From a virus (Duplodnaviria; Caudoviricetes), in the IMG/VR virus record IMGVR_UViG_3300037423_002034, positions 1 through 37,134 of that record: 37,134 nt of DNA. One strand, given 5' to 3'. The translations under genes were made by a program, and so were the position numbers. Of the stretch, positions 25,133 to 34,802 are shown one piece after another; within the stretch, counting starts at the first letter, position 1, and the number at the start of each line of letters is the position of its first letter. The notes beneath the pieces are model-generated. The model was not told the origin of the DNA. It ran no database searches and worked only from the letters and a program-made list of their open reading frames with translations.

Positions 25133-28100
25133 ATGCCGAAACAGCCAGTAGGGATCAATTTTTCACAAGGCCTCAACACCAAGGTAGATCCTTGGCAGCT
25201 TCCCGTTGGCCAGTTCTTAAGGCTTAAGAACTCAGTTTTTGATACAGGTGGGCAGCTCAAGAAGGTTGATGGTTTTGGTTTCTTGTCTTCGCTTCCCAAT
25301 ACGACTTATTCTTACCTCACGACTTTTAAGGAAAACTTAACGGCAGTCGGTGGCGATATTGCGGCCTATGAGGCTTCAAACCAAGCTTGGATTAGCAAGG
25401 GCAAGGTCACGCCACTCAATCTCAACACGCTTCCCCTTATTCGAAACAACCTGAATCAGACTCAGTGTGACGCCGTCATATCGCAAAATGGGCTTCTTTG
25501 CGTTGTGTATACAGAACTCAACAATGCAACAAGCGCTTATAAATACGCCATTCTTGACGCAGAGACCGGGCAAAACATCGTTGCTCCCACATTGCTTCCA
25601 GCGGGAACCGGCACAGTAACTGGTTCGCCCAGAGTATTTAATCTTGGGAACTTTTTTGTCATCGTGTTCACGAACGTGATCACGGCTACGAGTCATTTAC
25701 AATACATTTCCATATCGACCCTTCATCCAACCATTGTGACCACGGCCCAGGATATAGCTTCGAGTTACGTGAGTGCGACAACGGTGAGTTGGGATGGGGT
25801 CGTATTCAACAATAACCTTTATTTGGCTTACAACACGACGGCTGGCGGACAGTCGGTCAAGGTCACTTATTTAAGTGAACCTCAGGCAGCCTCTGGCTCA
25901 GCTCCGCAAACACCGACAACATTTGCTGGTGCGACTGCCACGATGATGAGTCTTTGCGTAGATTCAACCGTCTTAACTCCGCTGGTTTACGTAAACTTTT
26001 ATGATAGCGTTAGCCAGGTTGGAAAAACGGCGGCTGTTGATGCAAGCTTGAATCAGATCTTAGCTCCGACTCAGTTTGCTTCGGCTGTGGCGCTTTTGAA
26101 TTTGGCTTCAGCTGCGCAAAATGGTTCTTGCTTGATCTTTGAAGAGGTTTCAAACAACTATAGTTATGATAGCTCGATCCCAAGCCACTTTATTCGAGGG
26201 GTAACTGTTTCATCGACAGGAGCGGTCGGAACTCCCTATGTGGTAGTAAGAAGCGTTGGCTTAGGGTCAAAAGCTTTCATCGTAAGTGGTGTGATTTACT
26301 TCCTGGCTGCTTATCAGAGCCCATTTCAGCCAACCTATTTCCTCATTAACGGATCTTCGAGCCTAGATTCGGCTCCCGTTGTGGCGGCCAAGCTTGCTTA
26401 TGAGAATGGTGGCGGATACTTGACCAAAGGTCTTCCGATTGTGAACGTCGTTGGGACCACCGCCTCGTTTGCTTACCTTTATAAAGATCTGATTCAGGCT
26501 CTAACCACTATGAACACCACTCAGCAGTTAACGACGGGTGGTGTTTACTCGCAAACGGGGATCAATTTCGCCTATCTGGACTTCAATTCTGATGGGATCA
26601 ACACGACTGAGATTGGAAATAACCTTCATCTTTCTGGCGGATTTTTGGGCATGTACGATGGCTATTTGCCAGTCGAGCATAACTTCTTTCTCTGGCCCGA
26701 CAGCATTGAGCTCAGTGGATCAGGGACTGGTGGCCTTTTAACAGCCCAGCAGTACTATTACCAGGTTGTTTATGAGTGGTCAGATAATCAGGGCAATATT
26801 CACAGGTCGGCGCCAAGCATTCCGGTGACAGTGACGACGACAGGATCAACCTCAAGTGTCACGGTTAATATCCCGACACTTCGCTTGACTATGAAGACGG
26901 CTAATCCGGTAAAGATTGTGATTTACCGCTGGTCTGCGGCTCAGCAGGTTTACCATCAGCTGACTAGCATCACGGCCCCACTTTTAAACTCAACGACTTC
27001 GGACTCCGTGTCTTTCGTGGACACTGTGGCTGATTCAAGCATTCAGGGAAATAGCATCATCTACACAACTGGCGGCGTGGTTGAGGACGTGAATGCTCCG
27101 GCTACGAACATCATGACTCTTTTTGATACCAGACTTTGGATGGTCGATGCCGAGGATCAAAATCTTCTTTGGTTTTCAAAGCAGGTGATTGAATCCACGC
27201 CGGTTGAGATGTCTGACCTTTTCACCAAGTATGTGGCGCCAAATACGGGGACTACGGCTACGACTGGACCAATTACTGGTCTGGCTCCGATGGATGATAA
27301 GCTCATTATCTTTAAAGCGAACTCGATCTATTATATTAATGGGGCTGGTCCGGATAATACGGGGGCTAATGATCAATACTCCCAACCTACTTTTATCACT
27401 GCTGTGGTTGGCTGCGATGATCAGCGAAGTATTGTGCTCATGAATGATGGGTTGATGTTTCAATCCAATAAGGGCATCTGGCTCTTAAACCGCGGACTTG
27501 GGGTTAACTATCTCGGTGCAGCGGTTGAGCGCTATAACAATTCTTTTGTGAACAGTGCCAACAACATCCCGAAAACCAATCAGGTGCGCCAGACTCTAGA
27601 TACGGGCGAAACGCTGATGTTTGATTATTACTATCAGCAGTGGGGAACGCTTGAAGGATCACCAGCTTTAAGTTCGACCATCTATAATGGCTATCACACC
27701 ATGATTACCCAGTATGGGGATGTGGTTCAGCAAACTCCTGGCATTTATTTAAATGGGGCCAATCCGGTTACCATGGGATTTACGACGGGCTGGATTAATC
27801 TTGCGGGGCTTCAGGGATTTGAGAGGATCTATTACTTCTACCTGCTTGGGAAGTACTTAAGCCCTCACAAGCTTCGAATCCAGGTGTCTTATGATTACGT
27901 GGACACGGTCAGGCAAAGCATCATCATTCAGCCGAACAATTACAGCTCGGCGCAGGCTTCTCCTTTTGGTGAGCAGCCCTCGCCTTTCGGAAGCCCTGTG
28001 AATCTTGAGCAGTGGAAGATTCACCTTAAGAAGCAAAAGTGTCAGTCGTTTCAGATCTCGGTGGATGAGATTTTTGATCCTCAGTTTGGCACCAAAGCAG

Positions 28101-28189
28101 GGGCTGGATTAACCTTGAGTGGAATTAACATGCTTGTTCTAGTTAAAAAGGGTTCGCGTCCGATCCGGGCAGCGGATACTGCGGGGTAA
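25133..28189 (+). CDS. Tail nozzle/hub protein (P22 gp10 / T7 gp12-like)
   Basis: 1018 aa. F..GLN...P..L N-terminus, RLW...LWFS and ITGL....LIIFK propeller motifs. Confidence 0.75.
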   Translation: MPKQPVGINFSQGLNTKVDPWQLPVGQFLRLKNSVFDTGGQLKKVDGFGFLSSLPNTTYSYLTTFKENLTAVGGDIAAYEASNQAWISKGKVTPLNLNTLPLIRNNLNQTQCDAVISQNGLLCVVYTELNNATSAYKYAILDAETGQNIVAPTLLPAGTGTVTGSPRVFNLGNFFVIVFTNVITATSHLQYISISTLHPTIVTTAQDIASSYVSATTVSWDGVVFNNNLYLAYNTTAGGQSVKVTYLSEPQAASGSAPQTPTTFAGATATMMSLCVDSTVLTPLVYVNFYDSVSQVGKTAAVDASLNQILAPTQFASAVALLNLASAAQNGSCLIFEEVSNNYSYDSSIPSHFIRGVTVSSTGAVGTPYVVVRSVGLGSKAFIVSGVIYFLAAYQSPFQPTYFLINGSSSLDSAPVVAAKLAYENGGGYLTKGLPIVNVVGTTASFAYLYKDLIQALTTMNTTQQLTTGGVYSQTGINFAYLDFNSDGINTTEIGNNLHLSGGFLGMYDGYLPVEHNFFLWPDSIELSGSGTGGLLTAQQYYYQVVYEWSDNQGNIHRSAPSIPVTVTTTGSTSSVTVNIPTLRLTMKTANPVKIVIYRWSAAQQVYHQLTSITAPLLNSTTSDSVSFVDTVADSSIQGNSIIYTTGGVVEDVNAPATNIMTLFDTRLWMVDAEDQNLLWFSKQVIESTPVEMSDLFTKYVAPNTGTTATTGPITGLAPMDDKLIIFKANSIYYINGAGPDNTGANDQYSQPTFITAVVGCDDQRSIVLMNDGLMFQSNKGIWLLNRGLGVNYLGAAVERYNNSFVNSANNIPKTNQVRQTLDTGETLMFDYYYQQWGTLEGSPALSSTIYNGYHTMITQYGDVVQQTPGIYLNGANPVTMGFTTGWINLAGLQGFERIYYFYLLGKYLSPHKLRIQVSYDYVDTVRQSIIIQPNNYSSAQASPFGEQPSPFGSPVNLEQWKIHLKKQKCQSFQISVDEIFDPQFGTKAGAGLTLSGINMLVLVKKGSRPIRAADTAG

Positions 28190-28192
28190 TAC

Positions 28193-29761
28193 ATGGATGC
28201 TAAGAAAAAAGCCGAATTCGTTAGAGCAATGGGCAAAAAGCGGCTGAAGTTCGCCAAGGGTGGTGCGGTTCGAAGAAAGAGGTTCGCCGACGGCGGAACG
28301 GCTCTTAACGGGCCAACAGATAGCGGAACCCATCAAAATGCTTCGAATCCGAATACCGGCGTTTTGGGCACAATCGGTGGAGCTTTAGGGTTAAACAATA
28401 ACTTTCAAGCCAGCGGTGCTAGCATTCAGGCCGGCACTAACAATGAGCAGCTTAATCAGGCCTATACGGGCGCCCAAAATGCGATTGGTGCACAAAGCAA
28501 CCTGACCAATCAGCTGACTCCAGGCGTAAACACGGCCGTTCAGAATCAAAATGCTTTAGCAAACCAATATTTGGCAATGACTCAAGGTCAGGGCCCGAAC
28601 CCGGCTCTTGCACAGCTGAATCAGACAACTCAGCAAAACATTAATAACCAGGCTGCCCTTATGGCTGGTCAGCGCGGGGCTTCGGCAAATGCTGGTCTTA
28701 TTGCAAGACAAGCCGCTCAGCAGGGTGCAGCTACTCAGCAACAGGCGGCAGGCCAAGCTGCAACCATGGAAGCGCAACAGCAGATTGCAGCTCAGCAAAA
28801 CCTTCAGAATCTTGCGGCGTCACAGGTCTCTCAGGCAGGCCAAGCCGTATCTGGGTTAAATTCGGCTCAGCAGAATGAGCAAAACATTCTTCAATCGGCC
28901 AATACCGCGGCCAACAATGCGAATGTCGGGATGCAGTCAAGCATCAATAGTGCCAATGCCCAGACTGCAGCTAGTAATCAAGGGATGGCTGGAAACATTC
29001 TTGGTGGCGTGGTTTCTGGTGTTTCAAGCCTTGTTGGTGGGTTATTTGCTGAAGGTGGAAAGGTCGATGAGCATCACTTAAAGCTTGCCGAGATGAATGC
29101 GCACTCGCTGAATCATGCACAAAAATTCGCTGATGGCGGAATGGCTTTTAATCCCGTTGCTCAATCAAGTGGCCCTGTGCTCGCTCCAGCCCCGGTGCTC
29201 GCAGCCCCTCAAGGAAACTTCATGGCCTCTCCCCTCGCTAAGGATGTTGGGAAAGCTTTTGAGGGCTTAAAAGATCGCCCTAGGGAACAAAGTGATGAGG
29301 ATGCAAGACAAGGCTATTTGACCGCGGACGCAGATCTTGGCGTTTCCGGTGTGGATAACCCTGAGGATATGCTTGGTGCAGACAATCTTGACCAGCAAAT
29401 GCCGGATTCCGAAGGAGCCTTTATGGCAGCTCATGGCGGTATGGCTTTTTCGCCTGGGCATTTTGAAAGATATTTCGCTGATGGCGGAGAAGTGCCGGCC
29501 ATGGTTAGTGCTGGTGAGGTGTACTTAAATCCAGATCAGGTGCACCGCGTTTTAAAGGAAGATGTTGATCCAAAAGACATTGGGCATAAGTTTAAGGGTA
29601 AGGCCAAGGTGAAGGGTGATTCGTACAAGAACGACACCATTCCGACCACTCTTCGTGAGGGTGGCGTTGTGATCGATCGGGAACACATGGGCTCAGCTGA
29701 AAAGAGAAAACTCTTTGTTCATCAAGCGATGGCGAAAAAGAAGGCCGGGGGCAAGCTGTGA
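28193..29761 (+). CDS. Ejection/internal virion protein 1 (Q/N/A-rich) with AxGG tags
   Basis: Q/A/N-rich helical core, Gly-rich hydrophobic segments, follows the nozzle. Confidence 0.7.
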   Translation: MDAKKKAEFVRAMGKKRLKFAKGGAVRRKRFADGGTALNGPTDSGTHQNASNPNTGVLGTIGGALGLNNNFQASGASIQAGTNNEQLNQAYTGAQNAIGAQSNLTNQLTPGVNTAVQNQNALANQYLAMTQGQGPNPALAQLNQTTQQNINNQAALMAGQRGASANAGLIARQAAQQGAATQQQAAGQAATMEAQQQIAAQQNLQNLAASQVSQAGQAVSGLNSAQQNEQNILQSANTAANNANVGMQSSINSANAQTAASNQGMAGNILGGVVSGVSSLVGGLFAEGGKVDEHHLKLAEMNAHSLNHAQKFADGGMAFNPVAQSSGPVLAPAPVLAAPQGNFMASPLAKDVGKAFEGLKDRPREQSDEDARQGYLTADADLGVSGVDNPEDMLGADNLDQQMPDSEGAFMAAHGGMAFSPGHFERYFADGGEVPAMVSAGEVYLNPDQVHRVLKEDVDPKDIGHKFKGKAKVKGDSYKNDTIPTTLREGGVVIDREHMGSAEKRKLFVHQAMAKKKAGGKL

Positions 29762-31563
29762 ACTTTAAGAACTGGGAAAAGCTTAGAGAAGACGCCAATA
29801 GTGTAGAGCTTAAGCACCCGCAGGGTCACACCATGACCATTGCCGTAAAGGCTTTGCCAAAGCTTCTTCAGGAGCAAATTAAGCATCTTAAGTTTGCTGA
29901 AGGCGGTGAAGTTGATGAGGATGCTGGCATCAGTCAGCAGGGTAAAGATGTTCGCTATGCACAAAAGCTAAAAAAGCGCGGAGATCCTGAGCACAAGATG
30001 CATGAGGATTTCGCAAAAGAAGAGGCTAAGGGTAGGGCAAAGGCTGAGCGCGAGATGGTTAAGCCAAAGCTCAAAGGCTTAGCCAAGGGTGGCCAGGTTC
30101 ACTATTACGAGGATGGCTCGGATGAAGGTCCTGTTTCCGAGGATGATGGTAAGAGCGATACTCCAGATCAGGCTGGGCCTTCGACACCTCCGCCTGTAAC
30201 GGTGAATGTGAATGCAGCACCCGTTCAGCCACAGCCGATGGTTAAATCTCCGATGCCCATTGTTGGGCAATCGGCTCCAGTTGTTCCTGCCCAACCGCAA
30301 GCGCCCGAAGCCCCGCAGGCTAATGGCAGTACACTTCCGATAGAGGCTAGAAAAACTCTTCAGGCTCAAGAGATGGGCGATCAAGGGTTAAAGCTTCAGT
30401 CGCAAGTTGAGGCGGCAAAAGCTCAAGCGACGGCACCTGCTCAAGCCGAAGCCCTTCAAGGCGAGCAGGCAATTGCTGCGCAAAATGCCAAAGCTTATAA
30501 CGAGATCATGCAGCATTCGCAAGACTTTGCTGACTATATAAACAAGAACCCGATTAATCCGAAGCATTATCAGGAAAGCATGTCTTCTGGCCAAAAGGCC
30601 GCCACTGCGATTGGTCTTTTCTTAGGTGGTCTTGGAACTAGCTTCGGCGGGCATAACTATGCTTTCGATGCTCTTCAAAAACAAATCGACCGAGATATTG
30701 ATGCTCAAAAGACCAATGTTCACAATCAGCAAACAGTACTCGGCGCCTGGCAACAGCTTTACGGGGACAATAACATCTCGACAGCCCTAGCCAAGACTTC
30801 GATGAATGACATTTTAGATAAAAAGATGAAGCTTGCGGCAGCTCAGCTTGGAACTCCTCAGGCTCAGGCTAATTATTTGATGGCCCATCAAAAGCTTATG
30901 GCTGAAAACAATCAGTTGCGGACTGAGGCTGCATCTTTAGCTGGCTACTCTCGCGCAACAGGTGCTCCGCCTCCTGGATCAAAGCCGGTTGGTGCGAATC
31001 CAAAGAATGGTGGGCCGCAAAAGGAGCAAGGAAAAGGTCAGGGCAAGGAAGTTGATTCAGATCACATCTTGGCTCCTGATGCTAACAATGCTGCTACGAA
31101 GCTTAGATATAATCCTCTTTATAAAGAACAGGTCCCGGCCATTATGGAGCAAAAGGCCCGGGCTGATTTGGCAGATAAAGCCATTGATTCGATCAAAGAA
31201 GCTTTCCCGAAGCTTTATTCCAATACCGGTGGAGCTGGTGGTTATATGAGGCGCTTTGGTCATGATCTTCATGGTGTGCCGTATGTTGGAGGCATCGCTG
31301 ATAAGATGGTTCAGTATGGAACGGATACAAATAAGAATGCGGCTTATGATTCGGACTATCAGAATCTGATTGGGGCCGTCAGGGGAGCCTTGCAGGGGAA
31401 CGTTTCCGAGGATCTCTTAAACCAGGTGGTTGAGGCTAATCGTCCTGAGACGAATGACCCAAAAGATCTTCAAGAGAAAAAGCTTAAAAACATGATTGAT
31501 TTCATCAAGGCTCATACCAAAACGGATCTCCTTGTCCCTGCAGGGCTAACCAGGAAGAAGTAG
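29758..31563 (+). CDS. Ejection/internal virion protein 2
   Basis: GTGA coupling, AIGLFLGGLG segment, IDRDIDAQK, helical. Confidence 0.7.
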   Translation: MNFKNWEKLREDANSVELKHPQGHTMTIAVKALPKLLQEQIKHLKFAEGGEVDEDAGISQQGKDVRYAQKLKKRGDPEHKMHEDFAKEEAKGRAKAEREMVKPKLKGLAKGGQVHYYEDGSDEGPVSEDDGKSDTPDQAGPSTPPPVTVNVNAAPVQPQPMVKSPMPIVGQSAPVVPAQPQAPEAPQANGSTLPIEARKTLQAQEMGDQGLKLQSQVEAAKAQATAPAQAEALQGEQAIAAQNAKAYNEIMQHSQDFADYINKNPINPKHYQESMSSGQKAATAIGLFLGGLGTSFGGHNYAFDALQKQIDRDIDAQKTNVHNQQTVLGAWQQLYGDNNISTALAKTSMNDILDKKMKLAAAQLGTPQAQANYLMAHQKLMAENNQLRTEAASLAGYSRATGAPPPGSKPVGANPKNGGPQKEQGKGQGKEVDSDHILAPDANNAATKLRYNPLYKEQVPAIMEQKARADLADKAIDSIKEAFPKLYSNTGGAGGYMRRFGHDLHGVPYVGGIADKMVQYGTDTNKNAAYDSDYQNLIGAVRGALQGNVSEDLLNQVVEANRPETNDPKDLQEKKLKNMIDFIKAHTKTDLLVPAGLTRKK

Positions 31564-31591
31564 TTGACTTTATGCGTCAATATGCTAAGAT
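31564..31591 (+). promoter_or_regulatory. Sigma-70 promoter of a small moron
   Basis: TTGACT-N16-TAAGAT with an extended TG. The inverted repeat TTGAC-N7-GTCAA covers the -35. Confidence 0.6.
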
Positions 31592-31611
31592 AAGGCTATT
31601 GGAGGTGCTCA

Positions 31612-31779
31612 ATGCGCCGCTTCTTCAAGGTCTTATTTATCTTGAGTCTTTTCGATCCCAAGCCTCCAATGGGTGGCCCTTTGATGCTTTTTTTGATATG
31701 GCGCCTCTTGGAGTATTACAGTGCTAAACGAGCCGTGCAAAAACCCGAACTGCAAGAGTTACGGGAAGCCGCATCCTAA
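31612..31779 (+). CDS. 55-aa membrane peptide (not in ORF track)
   Basis: SD GGAGGT. MRRFFKVLFILSLFDPKPPMGGPLMLFLIWRLLEYY...; two hydrophobic stretches. Confidence 0.6.
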   Translation: MRRFFKVLFILSLFDPKPPMGGPLMLFLIWRLLEYYSAKRAVQKPELQELREAAS

Positions 31780-32983
31780 TTGCCGTTGTTACGCTCATGG
31801 CGGCCAGGTCCACTTTTGTGCAACCGGCATGGCCCACTCGAAAGACTGCCATTATTACGCCGAAGGCGGCCCTGTAAAGCCCAAATCCCCTGGACATGAT
31901 GTCTCTCATGCAGCGGCCCATCTAGGTCTTGCGAGCCTGCTTAAAACTGCAGGAAAAGCTTCGCTTTCGGAGCCTGAAAAGCATAACCGCATGCTCAACG
32001 ATGCCAAAAATCATTGGGAGCGCATGCAGACCCCTGAGGGCATGGAAGAACCGGTTTCAAAGACCATGGGCGTTAAGCTTGCCCATCATCTGGCTCAAGG
32101 TGACCACGAAAAAGCCGCAGGCCTGATGCACGGTCACCCGGCTATGGGCTCTATGCATAAAGCCCAAATGCCCGATGCTTTAAGAGGCATTCAAGGCGCG
32201 CTCATGACCCAAGATCCGCACGCTGAGGCCTTAAAGAGCGCCATGGACTTTATGCATTCGGCGCATAAGGGTGAATCTGCTATTGCTCAAGGAGCTAAGA
32301 CCCTAATTGGCGGGAAGGCTGATCTTGTAAAGGCTGATGAGCTGGTGGCTCAAAGCCTTAAAAACCACATGAAAGAGCTTGATGAGAATCCTGAAAAGCT
32401 TGCCGAGCTCGGGGGAAATCTTGGGCACTATATGCCCGAGCATGCAACTCAACTGGCCTATACCTTTGCCAGGGCCGCTCAATATTTAAGCACGATTAAG
32501 CCAAAGCCTGCTCAACTTTCACCTCTTGATAATCCAATTCCACCGAACAAGGTGGCGCAAGCTGCTTATGAGCGCCAGGTTCAAAACGTAGCTCAGCCGA
32601 GCCTCATTTATAGCCGCATCAAGGATGGAACGATTCAGCCGATTGATGTGACTACGATTCAAAATGTTTATCCAGAGCTTCACCAGGCCATGATGGAAAA
32701 AACCACTGAGGCTATAATTGAGGCCAAATCAAAAGGAGAAAAGATTCCCTATAAAGAGCGCATGGGAATGAGCATTCTTCTTGGTCAACCCATCGACTTC
32801 ACTCTAACGCCGCAAGCCATGCAGGCTATTATGAAATCGCAAGGACCAAGCGCTCGGCCGCAAGAGCCGCAGCCTAAGAAGAAAACAAATCGTGCGACTG
32901 AAGTTGAGCTTAAGCAGATCAATAAGGTTGATTCGATATCCGAAACGCCTATTGAAGCTAGACAGACTGATCGCAAAGACTAA
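31721..32983 (+). CDS. Ejection/internal virion protein 3 with Cys/His-rich N-terminus
   Basis: SD GGAG, GTG start, helical C-terminal part, two YAxGG tags. Confidence 0.65.
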   Translation: MLNEPCKNPNCKSYGKPHPNCRCYAHGGQVHFCATGMAHSKDCHYYAEGGPVKPKSPGHDVSHAAAHLGLASLLKTAGKASLSEPEKHNRMLNDAKNHWERMQTPEGMEEPVSKTMGVKLAHHLAQGDHEKAAGLMHGHPAMGSMHKAQMPDALRGIQGALMTQDPHAEALKSAMDFMHSAHKGESAIAQGAKTLIGGKADLVKADELVAQSLKNHMKELDENPEKLAELGGNLGHYMPEHATQLAYTFARAAQYLSTIKPKPAQLSPLDNPIPPNKVAQAAYERQVQNVAQPSLIYSRIKDGTIQPIDVTTIQNVYPELHQAMMEKTTEAIIEAKSKGEKIPYKERMGMSILLGQPIDFTLTPQAMQAIMKSQGPSARPQEPQPKKKTNRATEVELKQINKVDSISETPIEARQTDRKD

Positions 32984-32987
32984 ATTG

Positions 32988-33012
32988 TAAACCAGATACC
33001 CTCTTATAGAAG
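32988..33012 (+). promoter_or_regulatory. Putative phage late promoter
   Basis: TAAACCAGATACCCTCTTATAGAAG, near-identical to 20868-20892. Confidence 0.7.
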
Positions 33013-33054
33013 CAAGCGACTTAGCATCGCGAATCCTTCTTTAGGAGGCTTTTC

Positions 33055-33477
33055 TTGTCTGGCAAGAATCAATTCCCCATTACGTTTAATTGGCAATCGT
33101 CGGATCCTGCTGTTGGATTCGTGCCCGTCGCAAATCAGGCCGGCTCTGCTCCCTCTGGGGTGTCGGCCGGAACAATGTCGAGCACGGACACGATTTATAG
33201 CCAAATCGTTGATGTTTCGAAGATGGATAATATTGGCCTTGATGTGAGTTGGACAGGAACACCGACGGGAACTCTTTCGGTGACCGTGTCGAACACGGGC
33301 CTTCCGACCTTCTCGGCCTTAACTTTTTCGCCGGCACTGGCTCAGCCTTCGGGTTCGGCTGGTTACATGACGATTGATCTGAACCAGCTTCCTTACAAAT
33401 ATATTTGCCTTAAGTATGTGAATGCCTCGGGTTCAGGTTCCCTTTCCATCACGGCTCAAAACAAGGATTTGAACTAA
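33055..33477 (+). CDS. Small beta-sandwich virion protein (spike base-like)
   Basis: SD AGGAGG, TTG start, paralogous pattern with 35519-35863. Confidence 0.6.
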   Translation: MSGKNQFPITFNWQSSDPAVGFVPVANQAGSAPSGVSAGTMSSTDTIYSQIVDVSKMDNIGLDVSWTGTPTGTLSVTVSNTGLPTFSALTFSPALAQPSGSAGYMTIDLNQLPYKYICLKYVNASGSGSLSITAQNKDLN

Positions 33478-34802
33478 TGCCAACTGGAACTGACTTTGGG
33501 TCATACTCTTGGCCCGGCAACGTATCTTCAAATCCTTCGGTTGGAACGAATGGTTCAACGGCCCCTACCTCTAGCACAGAAATAGGTGGTGTTGGTCCTG
33601 ATGGGAACCTTCACCCGATTAGTGTTTCAAACACGGGTGTTGTGAATGTCGCCTTAACTGGCATAACTCCATCGCCACTGCCTGTGACTGATGCTGCGGC
33701 CGAGGCAAGCCTTGCTTCGATTGATACGAAATCAACATCGATTGTAACTAACACTGGCAACACAGCGACGAATACAAGCAATACTGCGACAAGTGTTGCA
33801 AGTATTGACACGAAAACGCCGGCTCTTGGCCAAGCCGTGATGACTGCCTCTGTTCCTGTTGTTATTGCTTCAAATCAATCGGCAGTTGCAGTCAGCGCAT
33901 CGTCTTTGCCGCTCCCCACTGGAGCAGCCACGGCCGCGAATCAAACCAACGGTGGTCAGAAGTCTCAAGTCGTTAATTCCGCTGGAACGTCTGTTGATGC
34001 GAAAGCATTGAATGTTCAGGTCGTTTCCACTGATGTTGGGTTAGTCACCAATTCGGTTCTCCATGGCTTAAATAGTGGTGGTGGTGGTACCTATGTAGAC
34101 GTCAAAGTCACCCCTTCTGGTGCTTTGGTGGTGGACGGCACCGACTCTACACAGCCCGTAAGTGGGACTGTGACTGCGAATCAAGGCGCAGCCAACACGA
34201 TTGCCAATGCATGGCCATCAAAAATCACCGATGGAACGAACACGACTTCTGTTACGGCTTCAAGCGCTTTAAAGGTTGATGGCTCGGCCGTCACTCAGCC
34301 TATTTCAGCAGCTTCTTTGCCACTTCCAACTGGCGCTTCAACTGAAACAACGCTTGCAAAGCTTGCGCTTGCTCAAGGTTCGACAACATCTGGTCAGTCT
34401 GGCACTTTGATTTTAGGTGCGGTCACGACTTCGGCGCCAACTTATACGACGGCACAGTCATCTCCGTTATCTTTAGACACAACCGGTGCGTTGCGAGTTA
34501 ATGCCTCGATTACGTCAACAGTTGTAACAGCGAGCTCTTCTTCGATTACGAGTGCTGCAAGCTCAGCTAGCAGCGTTTCTTTGTTGGCATCAAACGCTAG
34601 CCGAAAGGGCGCGACATTTTTTAATGATAGTACTTCGGTGCTCTATCTAAAGATGGGCGCGACTGCATCAACAACTAGCTATACGGTTCAAATCCCATCA
34701 AACGGATATTATGAGATTCCCACAACGGCTGTTTACACAGGCGCTATTGACGGTATTTGGTCTTCAGCTAATGGAAACGCTCGAATCACGGAGCTCAGCT
34801 AA
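33477..34802 (+). CDS. S/T/A-rich fibre/spike protein with internal repeats
   Basis: Repeats ASIDTK x2, SLPLPTGA x2, AL.VDG...TQP.S x2. C-terminal N..RKG..FFN.S...LYL domain. Confidence 0.65.
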   Translation: MPTGTDFGSYSWPGNVSSNPSVGTNGSTAPTSSTEIGGVGPDGNLHPISVSNTGVVNVALTGITPSPLPVTDAAAEASLASIDTKSTSIVTNTGNTATNTSNTATSVASIDTKTPALGQAVMTASVPVVIASNQSAVAVSASSLPLPTGAATAANQTNGGQKSQVVNSAGTSVDAKALNVQVVSTDVGLVTNSVLHGLNSGGGGTYVDVKVTPSGALVVDGTDSTQPVSGTVTANQGAANTIANAWPSKITDGTNTTSVTASSALKVDGSAVTQPISAASLPLPTGASTETTLAKLALAQGSTTSGQSGTLILGAVTTSAPTYTTAQSSPLSLDTTGALRVNASITSTVVTASSSSITSAASSASSVSLLASNASRKGATFFNDSTSVLYLKMGATASTTSYTVQIPSNGYYEIPTTAVYTGAIDGIWSSANGNARITELS

